From NCBI GenBank assembly GCA_032718475.1, contig JAUCBJ010005177.1, positions 1 through 58,614 on the forward strand: a stretch of DNA of 58,614 nt. Direction: 5' to 3'. The stretch is from Nemertoderma westbladi (taxonomy: Eukaryota > Animalia > Xenacoelomorpha). Below, piece after piece: positions 24,212-35,051 of the stretch. The notes under the pieces are model-generated. The model saw only the letters and a list, made by a program, of their open reading frames with translations. It had not been told where the DNA came from and searched no databases. The translations under genes and the position numbers were made by a program. Position 1 is the stretch's first letter. Each line of letters begins with the position of its first letter.

Positions 24212-25894
24212 ATGGCTGACACAAGGCAAACTCTGTCAGATAGTCTCCTAGAAACAACAGCCTGTTTCTCAGATCAAAGTGTAGAGAATCCCAGACCGAG
24301 GTCTGAAACCCCTCATACTGTAAGAAGGGCAACCCCTGCAGTGGTTGTGTCAGAACCTAGGTTGGTAGAAAAGATTTCGCAATTTGCGAAGTTAGTGAAG
24401 CGCCGTTGGTCTGCCATAGGTACTCGGGCCCAAGTCAAGCGGGATCAAGAAGAAGCTATAAAACAGCAGCAACCTCCTAGCCAAGAACCTGGTTCTCAGC
24501 GGCCCGATAGCTCCAGTAGTTCGGATACTGTTGAGCGGACGCCAGAACGCGGAGCGAAGATGGCGGATACGGTTTATGATGAGCGGCCAACCTATGAAGA
24601 ATCAACCGACGCCACTTCTTCTCAAGTGGAAAGTGAGGTGGAAAGCGAAGTGGAAAGTGAGGTGGAAAGCGAAGTGGAAAGCGAGGTGGAAAGCGAAGTG
24701 GAAAGCGAATTAACATCAGCAGAGAAGCCACGAACTAGAGACGCTATCGACATTTATTTGTCCGACTATCAGCGATTCCTAGGAGACGAAGAGTTGAGGA
24801 GACGGCTGTCTGGACTTTCCCCTAATAGTGAAGGAACCAAGCTTGTGTTGGACTCAATCGATGCCGAAATGTTAGCTGCAAACCAAGCTGAATGTGATGA
24901 AAAACTCCGCCTCATTAGAGTCCGAGAAGAACAAGTAAAGAAAGAATGGATAGAGAAAAGAAAGGTGGCAGCAGCAGCGGCGGCAGAAGCAGAAGCCGAA
25001 AGAAAGGCGGCAGAAGCAGAAGCCGAAAGAAAAGTGGCAGAAGCAGAAGCCGAAAGAAAGAAGGCAGAAGCAGAAAGAAAAGCAGCAGTGGCAGAAGCAG
25101 AACGGAGAGCTTCTGAGGAGACTATCCAACTGGAGTTGGAGAATCTGCAAGAGACGCAAGACAGTATAAATAAACAGTTTACTGCTAATCAAATGCAGAT
25201 GATGAGAAAATCTACTCCCAAGCGCCAGGGATACACATCCTCGGAGGAAGGCGAGACCACCGATCCTGAAGGCGGAGGAAATAGATCTCATCTAAGTAGG
25301 CGTAGAAAAACATCTTACCGTCGCAAATTGCCTGATTTGCCCCCAGCTGTTAGAAGACAGCTAGCTAGCACAGACTTGAGTAGTATAGAACCTACAGCCC
25401 AAAGTATTAAGGTCAAAAGACTCCCTACAATAGGTGATGAGCCTGAAATAATTAGGCCTGTCGTTCCCAAAGTCACTTCTGTGTTAGAGACCCCTGTACT
25501 TCCAGAGCTTAACTCTAAATTCCCTTTACATAGTACTACACTGCCTGTACCCGGTAGAACAGTCCAAGAGAATATCCCTGTCCAGATAGCAGAGAGAGAA
25601 ATCAAAAATTTGTCTCCCGTCGTCCCGCGTCAGCCCGCTACTATGTTGGCGACTCCCGCTTCGGCGGTTGAGTGGGTGGAAGAGGGACGGCGGGGGATGA
25701 ATCTCCTGCTAGGACAGATGCAGGAGACTGTCCACCAACTTAAGGGAACAGTGAGGGAAGGTAGAGCAGAGTTGCAAGAAGTGCAGCAAAGTATCGCGCT
25801 AGAACGCGACAAATTAGTCAATATACAAAAGGGCATACCAATACCCCCTGTAACATTGTGTCAACCTGTTAGGTCTGAAGTAATACATGCATAA
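24212..25894 (+). CDS. Retrotransposon ORF0 / N-terminal Gag extension (560 aa; acidic ESEV repeats, AEAEAERK coiled-coil repeats, basic RRRK patch)
   Basis: Long ORF inside the element, in the same frame as gag and separated from it only by TAA 25892-25894. Second in-frame start AAGATGGCGG at 24560. Confidence 0.75.
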   Translation: MADTRQTLSDSLLETTACFSDQSVENPRPRSETPHTVRRATPAVVVSEPRLVEKISQFAKLVKRRWSAIGTRAQVKRDQEEAIKQQQPPSQEPGSQRPDSSSSSDTVERTPERGAKMADTVYDERPTYEESTDATSSQVESEVESEVESEVESEVESEVESEVESELTSAEKPRTRDAIDIYLSDYQRFLGDEELRRRLSGLSPNSEGTKLVLDSIDAEMLAANQAECDEKLRLIRVREEQVKKEWIEKRKVAAAAAAEAEAERKAAEAEAERKVAEAEAERKKAEAERKAAVAEAERRASEETIQLELENLQETQDSINKQFTANQMQMMRKSTPKRQGYTSSEEGETTDPEGGGNRSHLSRRRKTSYRRKLPDLPPAVRRQLASTDLSSIEPTAQSIKVKRLPTIGDEPEIIRPVVPKVTSVLETPVLPELNSKFPLHSTTLPVPGRTVQENIPVQIAEREIKNLSPVVPRQPATMLATPASAVEWVEEGRRGMNLLLGQMQETVHQLKGTVREGRAELQEVQQSIALERDKLVNIQKGIPIPPVTLCQPVRSEVIHA

Positions 25895-28396
25895 GGTGTG
25901 GAGCCTACACGCATCTATACTGCTAGTGAAGTTGAAACTCCTATAGCAAACCCTATTAAGGGTGATTATAGACCTGTTATTAATGATATTCCCTATAGAC
26001 CTGATAATGATCCGAGAACTTTATATACCGATAATTCGATATTAAATAACACGATGGCCCAAGAAAGCTTTACGCGTCAGATGGCTAGAACAGAAGCCCG
26101 CCAAGCGGTCAAAGTGGGAGAGATCGTCAAATTCAATGGAGATGAGATGAAATGGTTACCTTTCAACGAATATTACAAAGACAGCATACAGAACTCTGTG
26201 CTATCTAACGGAGAGAAACTTAGGTTCCTCATCAAGTGCTTGGAAGGACCTCCCAAGTTAATGGCGTTAAAGTTTATTGGACATCCAGAAGGATTAAGAC
26301 AAGTTTGGGATACATTAAACATCAGGTATGGTAACAAGGATAACATAGCTAAGTATTTGTATGCAAAATTAGTAGCCCCTCGACACTTCCTTAGTAGCGG
26401 GATTATAGAGTTTTCTGATGAAATTCAGGAAATCTGTAGACAACTGGACTGGTTAGGTAAGTCGCATGAATATCAGAGTTCCATGGTTATTGGAGCCGTA
26501 GTCTCTACTTTACCAAAGGGTGGAGTATGTACACGCTGGGACAAGAAAGTGTTGTACATGAATGAACAACAACGACGAAGTCCTACCATGGCTGATCTCA
26601 TGTCCTTCTTAGATAGTGAAGTAAAATTACAACTCATAAGGCAGTCCAGAGAGAAAACATCGGAAAATAAGGTAAGTGAGAAACCCGTTTCTAGGAGAAG
26701 GATAATACCAGTGTGTTATACTGACGACGGCGAAAGCCAAGCTTCTCAAGAAGAGGACAGCGGGAAAGACACAGCAAAATCTTACTATGACAACAAGACC
26801 TATAAAGACGTAAGTAAATACAAGTCTCGAACCAGTGACAGGAGAGAACAGGTAACAACAACTCCTCCTACGTCTCCTAAGAGAATTCACGGAAGAAAGC
26901 CCGAAGAAAGAACGAGAGTGCATAACGTTAACCAAGTTAAGGTGAGTAACATCAAACCAAAATGTGCGCTGTGCGACGGGCCCCACCGTTTGAGTGCGTG
27001 TGCTGAATTTCTAAAGAAATCCCCTGTAGACAGACGTACAGTCCTGTGGAATAAGCGGTTATGCTATAATTGCCTCAGATCAGGACACCAACGGCGAACC
27101 TGTTACTCCGACGTAAAGTGTGCAAAGTGTGGCGCGAAACATCACATCTTGTTACACAGTGAGTTCGAACGAGACAACCCGAGTCAGGTAAGTGAGCCCG
27201 AACTACATGTCCAATTCAGTGATGTAAATGACACTGATCAAGAGTCTGAGATGGAAGGATTCTATACTGACGAATTCTCCGACGCCAACGAATCCTGTTA
27301 CCTAATAAATACCTCAGTGTATCGAGCACTTACTTATGAAAAAGACACCACCAATGAGTTTCCCCCAACTACTTTTGACAAACAACCATCTTGGAAAACT
27401 CCAACTTCCAATGTAGGAATCAGAGAATTTCCTGTAGTGCAAGTAAGAGTTCACGGACCAAACCACAGTTACATAGTGAATGCACTCCTTGACTCCGGCA
27501 GCACAGGAACATTCATCGATCAAGAACTAGCCGAAGATATCTTTGCTGGACAACCCAAGTTCCGGACTAAATTGAATATGTCAGGAATTATGCAGGTTTG
27601 GAAATCTACCCTAACGGCAGATTACTATGTAGGTGTGTTGTCCACCCCCCAGGATAAGTTAGGAACACAAGGTATAAGGTCAGTAAAAATGGTGGCTATA
27701 AAGAACTTTGCTACTACTCAAGCAGAACCTTATAACTGGGACGAGGATGAGAGTATCCAACATCTTAAGATACCTCGATTCCAGACAGATTATCCTGGAG
27801 TGCAAATACTCATCGGCCAAAACGCGCATGAGGCGCTCGAGACATTGGAGAAACGGCCTGCTCAACCGCAGCCACTACAAACCTATGCGGTAAGAACTAG
27901 AGTAGGTTGGTACTTCACTGGCCCTTCCCGTAGAACTCTCAAAGAGAGATTACCTCAACAACAGGTATACCAAGTAAAGGAATGGGAAGTGGAGAGCAGT
28001 GATGTAGACGATCCAACTGAGGGAACACCATACTCCTCAGATAATGACGATATTAACTCCAATATAGATCAATGGAGACATTGCCTTGGGACGATTAATC
28101 CAGCCGACATCGTTTCCAGAGGAGCAACTCCTCAAGAACTAATAGATACTCCAGGCTGGTTAGGTGGATCCGACTTCTTAAGTAAAGAAGAAGAAGAATG
28201 GCCTCCTCATCTTACCCCGGCGGAGATTAGACAGGCCAAGGGAGCGGAGAAAGTAACACAACAACTCAATCGCCCAGCTGGTCGTTTATGTTTACTGGAA
28301 AGAGACCGAAAACTGTCCGGAAACTATGGAAGGCAAGATACTCTTCCTACGACCACTTCCCTAATCCGACAAATATCTAGGGACTCTATAACGTAA
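25895..28396 (+). CDS. gag: BEL/Pao Gag (DUF1759-type) + 3 zinc knuckles + aspartic protease + RNase H C-terminal remnant
   Basis: KFNGDEMKWLPF..EKLRFLIKCLEG; CALCDGPHRLSAC, CYNCLRSGHQRRTC, CAKCGAKHHILLH; ALLDSGSTGTFI, ILIGQN, AVRTRVGW; then WRHCLGTINPADIVSRG..GWLGGSDFL..EWP (end of Pao RNase H) with no RT in between. Confidence 0.92.
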   Translation, partial: GVEPTRIYTASEVETPIANPIKGDYRPVINDIPYRPDNDPRTLYTDNSILNNTMAQESFTRQMARTEARQAVKVGEIVKFNGDEMKWLPFNEYYKDSIQNSVLSNGEKLRFLIKCLEGPPKLMALKFIGHPEGLRQVWDTLNIRYGNKDNIAKYLYAKLVAPRHFLSSGIIEFSDEIQEICRQLDWLGKSHEYQSSMVIGAVVSTLPKGGVCTRWDKKVLYMNEQQRRSPTMADLMSFLDSEVKLQLIRQSREKTSENKVSEKPVSRRRIIPVCYTDDGESQASQEEDSGKDTAKSYYDNKTYKDVSKYKSRTSDRREQVTTTPPTSPKRIHGRKPEERTRVHNVNQVKVSNIKPKCALCDGPHRLSACAEFLKKSPVDRRTVLWNKRLCYNCLRSGHQRRTCYSDVKCAKCGAKHHILLHSEFERDNPSQVSEPELHVQFSDVNDTDQESEMEGFYTDEFSDANESCYLINTSVYRALTYEKDTTNEFPPTTFDKQPSWKTPTSNVGIREFPVVQVRVHGPNHSYIVNALLDSGSTGTFIDQELAEDIFAGQPKFRTKLNMSGIMQVWKSTLTADYYVGVLSTPQDKLGTQGIRSVKMVAIKNFATTQAEPYNWDEDESIQHLKIPRFQTDYPGVQILIGQNAHEALETLEKRPAQPQPLQTYAVRTRVGWYFTGPSRRTLKERLPQQQVYQVKEWEVESSDVDDPTEGTPYSSDNDDINSNIDQWRHCLGTINPADIVSRGATPQELIDTPGWLGGSDFLSKEEEEWPPHLTPAEIRQAKGAEKVTQQLNRPAGRLCLLERDRKLSGNYGRQDTLPTTTSLIRQISRDSIT

Positions 28397-30022
28397 TAAC
28401 ATATGGAGTGGGCGTGTGACTATATCATTTTATATTTGTTTTTATTTTATATTTATGTATGTATTATTATGTAATTTTATTATAATCGTTTTCTTTAATT
28501 TTATTTAGTAGAATGTTATTTTAGTGATTATTTAGTAGATTAGTGCAATATATTAGTGTTTATTACGTATGTAATTACTTATAATATATATTAGTGCGAC
28601 GGCGAGAAATAATTATTTTTCTCTTTCCTTACTGTCCGTATCATATTATAAATACGTGACTACAGTAAGATGAAATGTCCGTACTTATTAAAGTACAATA
28701 AAGCTCCTACTATACTTAAGTATTATTGGTAGGCAGAGTATTAGGAATGCAAAGTTCAGATCCTCGTGTCTCGGCTAAACCAAGCTCTGGGTAGACCTTG
28801 GAAACGACTTGCCTCTTCACACTGACATTGCTTCGTGCGATATTGCTCTTCTACCTTATAACAAATAATACATATAGTAGCGTGATGTCCCTCTAACAGT
28901 AGCGTAAATCGCAAATAAATCTGTTAAACTTTTTGACCATCTGTAATTCTAGTCGATTAAGATATCGTGGCACCCACCGATATACTTGAAAGACAAATTC
29001 TAGAATCAGTGGTTAACGTCCCCAGACAAGTTCTGGAATAAATCGGTGCTCATCCTAAATATTAATTTAATATTTATTAAAATCTGTAAAATTCAGATCC
29101 TTTAAAATTTCTAGTCAATTAAGATATCGCAGCACTTACCGATATTCTTAAAAGACAATCTCATAGAATTAAGGATCCTATGTCCCCAGACCTGCTCTGG
29201 AATCAACTTATGTCAATTTTAACATCAAATAATAAAATTCACGGGAATAAATTTAAATTCATATTTTAAATGAATTTCATAAATTGTCATTTTGTACAAT
29301 TTATAACATTCCCAAAATTCCATTAATTAATAGATCATGGGAGCGGAGATTCATCCTATTGAGTGTATTAGAGTGCGAGAATCTCCAACATATAGTCAAT
29401 AGCCGATAAAATTAATAAAATCATGCATAAAGAGGATATTGACAATTAAAGAATTATTATTAAATAGCATCCCAGATCTGTATGCATGAGAATTACCCTA
29501 ATTCTACCGCTAGCATTCCATAATGTCACCATAGCAACACCCACGCTAGAATTAGAAGCAAGTTAAAAGAACAATAGAAAGCTTGTCCCATTGCATAGCA
29601 TAGAGAATATAGCACACTGTTAGTATCCAAGGATACACAGTAATAACGTGACATTCTGGAAGGCACTGACTAAGGGACAAATGGCCTGTATGTGTACAAT
29701 TGGTGACAGTTGTGTGGAATTTGTGCGTTTGTAGGCGAATGTTACTGCTAAGGTGTGTTTACAGTAGCTAGTCGCATTTGTGAAAGTAACCCAACTCTCC
29801 TATAGAAAGAACCTAAAGTGGATTCAAGCCTTTGGGACGGACAGTGGAGTGACTTGTGCCGGTTATCATTGTCGTAATGTTGCTACATGTTGGCGTAAAC
29901 ACCGCGACAACGGTACATCGGCGCTGAGGATCCCACTGTCCGGGGGCAAAGAGAGGTGGGCAGAGACGTCCGCTCGCCTAAACATAAACTCATTTCGATA
30001 TTAACAAACTCAGATAGCAGAT

Positions 30023-31311
30023 ATGACGGAGTTGATAGAAGATGATCTTGGTATCAAGGAGCGATATACTCTACTTTTGCAAGCATTTGTGGATAGCTTA
30101 ATACGCGGTGAAGCCGATCCAACCATTACGGAGGACGATGGTCGTTATATCGAACCGCCGATGTCCCAAGAGCAACTTGCGCGTGAATTGGACTATCGAA
30201 AATCCACCGCGCGCTATACGCATCGTAATAGTACGTATATGGACTTCCTAACTACCGGCCATCCTATCGATTTACATGATACGGACGATGTAGACACCGA
30301 AAGGGAAATGGTTCTATTTAAATATCATACCCAGCGGAGTCGGAACGATAAACCGAGAATAGATCACGAAAATTCTATTCGTAACAGACTGGGAAGACGA
30401 ACCAATATGCCTAGAATCTGAGGAGATTCAGCCTATCGCGCCCTGAACAGCGACAACGATTACATCCTAGAATGGTATCAAGGTCCACAGTGTCTCACTG
30501 CGTACGATTATCGCCATGCCAACTATGTTTCTCGGCAACGTTGTCGGTTATGCGCATCGAGAGACCATGTTACGCCCATGGACACAAACGTCCGCTGTTC
30601 CTATTTCCACGAACAACCGGCGATGGAAATTTATTGCGCGTATTGCAGATTTAATAATTTGCATATTTTTGCGGTTTGCCCTCAATTTATGACTCAATGT
30701 CACCATTGTCAACTAAAGGGACACACCAGTTTCGATTGCCCTTTTAATCGCGATTTGGAAAGCGTAGATGAAATGATCACACTACGTTACATTAGAGCTT
30801 GGGAAGCGAAGGCTGATTTACATCGTGATTCGCGCCATCGCTATTATCCTGGACGCGCTTACGAAGGAATTTATGCGTTCCATCCTTATCTATTCGCTTC
30901 TGTCGAACAGAAATCACGCATATCGAGTTACAGGAAGTATATCGACGGCCTTACGAATACCGAGCCCGTGAACGCGAGTTGGAAAGGACCATTAAACCCC
31001 GGAGGTTTCTAGCTGCCTATAGTCCACCCACGGCCCTCGTTCAGACCACTCGTAAAGGACCCGTAAGAGCGGCTGTCTTAAAACGCGCTCTCAAAGCCGT
31101 TAGACCCCTCTCCCCCGACGTTGATGCCAATCAACCCGGCACTTCGACTGGCGGATACACCGACCATAATTCTACACCCTCTGATGCAATCATATTGCAC
31201 CCTTCACCCAGGAGTTATAGCCCTCCTTGTAAAGTGGCTCGCCCCAAAGAGAAAAGGACTCTGGCTAGCTTTAAAAAACTGCGTAAACGCCGTCCGCGCA
31301 AGAAAGACTAA
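30023..31311 (+). CDS. Accessory 3' ORF(s) of the LTR element: zinc-knuckle protein (30023-31012, one in-frame TGA at 30419) plus an overlapping basic ORF (30979-31311)
   Basis: 30023-30421 and 30422-31012 share a frame. Motifs CRLCASRDH..C, CAYCRFNNLHIFAVC, CHHCQLKGHTSFDC. The last segment ends FKKLRKRRPRKKD. Confidence 0.6.
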
Positions 31312-31380
31312 CTGTTTAGAGTATTTACGTATATTAGAAACTGTGATTTTGTATATTTTATAGACTCAAATCCCATTTTC

Positions 31381-31389
31381 TGGGAGCGG
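31381..31389 (+). promoter_or_regulatory. Short polypurine tract (TGGGAGCGG) abutting the 3' LTR
   Basis: Purine-rich run immediately before the TGTA of the 3' LTR. Confidence 0.6.
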
Positions 31390-32639
31390 TGTAAAAGCTT
31401 CTGTGGGATATAACTGGCCCCTTTGCTTCGCAATCCAGTTTCCCCCCCCAGGCGCTGGAATACTCTAAAAGGTTCTCTAACTGTATATATATTCCCCTCG
31501 CCCGCAAGGTACCGTTATAGGTGTTTTAACGGACATAAAAGTCATTCTGCTATATACGTGTTTTGGCGGACATGGTAAGGCAAAAAACCTACAATGCACC
31601 AAATACCTTTCACAGCTTAGCCGTGATGATTCATATTACGACATCTAACAGCTGGTTGCTGACATGGAAACAGCCATTGGACGCATGGTTCTTTGTTTGG
31701 CTTGAGCCAATCAGAGCGATTTTGCCTGTCGACGTGTAGCTTTTCGGCCGATCATAAGGAGAGTGTTCAGTCTTACAGTTTTTTACTGATACTTTGTTGT
31801 TATAGCTGTCTAAGCCAGAAACAACGGCTCTAGAAAGAAACATTAGTAGGCTTAAGATTATAGAGCGTATGACTGTTATCGGTTCATAACAACTCACATA
31901 TCGGTCCATATCAGTGCATATCATATCTTAACCTACCGTCTTAATGTTTTACTGTTGTCATATCTTATATCAGTGGATTGAATATTATTTGGAGAACATT
32001 TATAAAGAACCCAAATTTCCCAATTTTCTTGATACACTACAGGTTAGAGAGGCGGGTTATATATATAGCGATTGCGACTTATATTATTGTGGTGTGTATT
32101 GAATTTAATGCTATTTGATAAGCCCTACATGAGTCCGTTGCTATTCTCTTTATATATGATCAAATATATTGACGGTCGGCAAATTAGTGAGCAGTATTGT
32201 GCGTTACCGGTAGTGTGCATGATTGTGGCTGATAACTAAGCATTTCCTAAAGAATGCGCCTCATACGTGAATCATAAGCCTTACCAACTTACCGTTGTGA
32301 TTAGTATAAGTCATATCTCTGTTTACTTAGATAGAGCGCCACGTCCTAAAAGGAACTGTTAATATTTCCCGAAAGTGAATAATATTAGTCAGAAATTAAT
32401 TATTAATGATCAATCGAATAATACAATACCGTAAGCTTCACTGCAATAATAATCTAAGCCGACAGAATCCAGTCTCCCGGGATTATCCAGCGGGTGAATG
32501 GACGCGCACTAGGCTGGCTTCTGCTAATGTTGTGTTTATTGGTATTAAATATTTGTCATCTTCTAAAGTATATTTGTAAACCAAAAGACATATAAATTTT
32601 GGCAGGTTAAACTGCTAAAGGTCTTCAAAAGCGCGTACA
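31390..32639 (+). repeat. 3' LTR (1250 bp)
   Basis: Direct repeat of 20700-21948, followed by TSD TCAGG. Confidence 0.97.
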
Positions 32640-33052
32640 TCAGGGGACAAAGGGGCTAGCAATTGGGGATAGTGGCAACAGGGAGTGGCGAGATGGAGAT
32701 TAATTAGGTTAGCCAATGATGGGACGGGAAAACAGGTGATTGGAACGCATCCATTGGCCAGGCCACTTAGAACAGTAGGAGTAACTAATATGTGTTAGTA
32801 CTATAACCGTTGTACTTGTTGATTATGATTCAGTTGGTATCTGTAGAGTTGTGTGAGACCGGAACCCGGAACGGTTTTTAACCGTGGTCATTACCGTGAT
32901 ATGATATTCTGACTGTGCTATTATTACTGTACGTTCTGACATTACAACAACTGGCACTAAAACTCAGTTATTCCAACGGCCTTCTGCCTTGATATTCAGA
33001 CGTTAGCCTTTCAGCAGGCTACGGACGCGGCGACGCGTATAGCCCAAACAAC

Positions 33053-33510
33053 AGTTAGTTTATAGTTTTGGTTAAAACAACGTGCCACTGTAACCTGCTC
33101 CTTTCCCTAGAATGAGAATTTAACATTGATGCGGGATATTAATTCGCCAAGATGGCATTTGCGTCCAGCCCCCCCACCCCCCCCCCCCCCCCCCCCCCCC
33201 CTGTCACAGACATGTACATAAAATTTCAATTTTAATACATTTATTATTATTAAATATAATCACTTGAGGTGTGTATGAGAAATAATGGTCAAAGGCGAGT
33301 TCAACTAAGCCGTTTGTGATTTTGTGAGACGGGGGAGGGGGGGCTGGACTCAAATCCCACCTTGGCGAATTAATATCTCGCCTCAATGTTAAATTCTCAA
33401 TTTAGGGAAAGGATCAGGTTACAGTGGCACGTTATTTTAACCAAAACAATAAACCAAACACAATAGAATAAGTTACAGTTTGATTTTTGAGAGTAATCAG
33501 TTGTTATTGA
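33053..33510. mobile_element. Two partial family-A MITE copies in inverted orientation (33053-33201 and 33331-33510)
   Basis: Both match 795-1047; the first is reversed. Confidence 0.75.
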
Positions 33511-34087
33511 GTAAAGTATCCCTGAAGACCCTCAATAATGAAACCTGAAGTACTGAATGCTTCACCCCGAGGCAGTCATATTAATCAAAGGTGGCGGGGT
33601 CATAAGGGGCTTTTAGCCTACATCACGAGAACATTCGGTTTATTTACCGATAGGCCTATGTAGGCCCTACTGTATTTCAAACAGAATACGAATGTATGTA
33701 CAATAGCGGAATCTTTCAATTTGGTACCAGTTTTGTTGATATCACTATAAAGTTGAAGAATAACAGAACTGACATGTCCTTCCAACCCTGAGTTAACATA
33801 AAAGCTGTGTGCGTGCAACTTACAGACTTACTCAATGTCATCTGCTCAGCCAACATAACAGGGGGGAAGAAGAAGAACTATTATACTTTTAGTGCAGTCA
33901 GTACATACTGACATACCATTACTGAAATCCTTACGCTGCTACCGGTACCGTACCAGTACAGTGTTCACAGATAAAACAATACCGGTAATACCCGCACATA
34001 CTGACATAACAGCATAAAGCTATTTTTTTCTGTAGATTTGTACTGCAACAACAACAACTGCTGAACTGCCACTATAATTCAGTAATT

Positions 34088-34399
34088 ATGGAGAAATGCA
34101 AGGATAACCTTCTGGTAGTGGGCCCTGTCGCGGTAACATTAGGCCTGGTGTCCGGAATTCTCGGCTACTACCTAGCGCACCGGTACTGCTGCAAAAAGAT
34201 GCGATGGATTAACCAAACCCAAGCTAAAGACAAAGACAAGATTGTCAACACAGTAGACATTGAGGATATCGGAGAAAAGCAGGCGTTTTGTCGGTGCTGG
34301 AAGTCTAAAAAGTTTCCGTACTGCGACGGAAGTCACAATAAACATAACCAGGACACAGGCGACAATGTCGGGCCGCTAATCGTAAAGAAAGTTAATTAA
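34088..34399 (+). CDS. CISD: CDGSH iron-sulfur domain protein (mitoNEET/CISD1-CISD2 type), 103 aa, intronless CDS
   Basis: N-terminal TM helix ([23 protein letters not shown]), [45 protein letters not shown] at 34398 and 34411; splice acceptor at 34035 in the 5' UTR. Confidence 0.95.
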   Translation: MEKCKDNLLVVGPVAVTLGLVSGILGYYLAHRYCCKKMRWINQTQAKDKDKIVNTVDIEDIGEKQAFCRCWKSKKFPYCDGSHNKHNQDTGDNVGPLIVKKVN

Positions 34400-34854
34400 T
34401 AAATTCGAATAATAAAACAAAGTTTTATGCATCGCCGGTCCTCCAATGTGGTTATTCAGAGATGGACAAATAATTAGGCGCGTTATTAATGTATTTAGTG
34501 TTGTTATTAGATGAGATATCAGGTAGAGTGGTTTATTGTTTTCGCATTTGGTTATTATTACTGTATTATTGCAGTATTGTTGGTGTGATTAATGATTAGG
34601 CCTATGTGATTAATTACCGGTGCCATCCGACCAACTGAATCCAAGAAGTACAGCAGATTTATTTGATCCGTATTCAGGTATTGGATGTATGTGTTCTGGT
34701 GATTGATGGCAGATTAGCTTCTATATACAGATATAGGCCTACTGTTTTAGGTCTGCTACTATAGTACTGCAGGTTAATGACCCAAAATGGCCGCAATTCC
34801 AAACAATTGAAGCCAACCGTGTGTTGACAAAATTATATTTAAGTTAATGAAAGT

Positions 34855-35051
34855 CAGGGTTGCCACTCAATATCAGTTTCAATTTTTTTTTATTACTTTT
34901 CTCTGACATTTCCCTGACTTTCCCTGAAAAAATCCCTGACTGAAGTTTATATATGACTTATTTGTCCAATTTTTACAAGAATTTCCTGATATTTCAAATA
35001 AAATCGAAATTTCCTGACTTTTCCAGGTATTCCAGGTGAGTGACAACCCTG
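34855..35051. mobile_element. ~197-bp hAT-like MITE
   Basis: TIRs CAGGGTTGCCACTCA / TGAGTGACAACCCTG (14/15) and repeated internal TTCCCTGAC motifs. No direct TSD seen. Confidence 0.7.

Larger units (their letters stand above)
20700..32639 (+). mobile_element. BEL/Pao LTR retrotransposon, 11.94 kb, young, non-autonomous (Gag + protease, no RT/IN, extra 3' ORF)
   Basis: TG...CA LTRs at 20700-21948 and 31390-32639, 5-bp TSD TCAGG (20695-20699, 32640-32644), and BEL-type Gag, three zinc knuckles and aspartic protease. Confidence 0.95.

Noticed and set aside
30023-31311. env gene
   Set aside because: No signal peptide, fusion peptide or transmembrane anchor; it has zinc knuckles instead.
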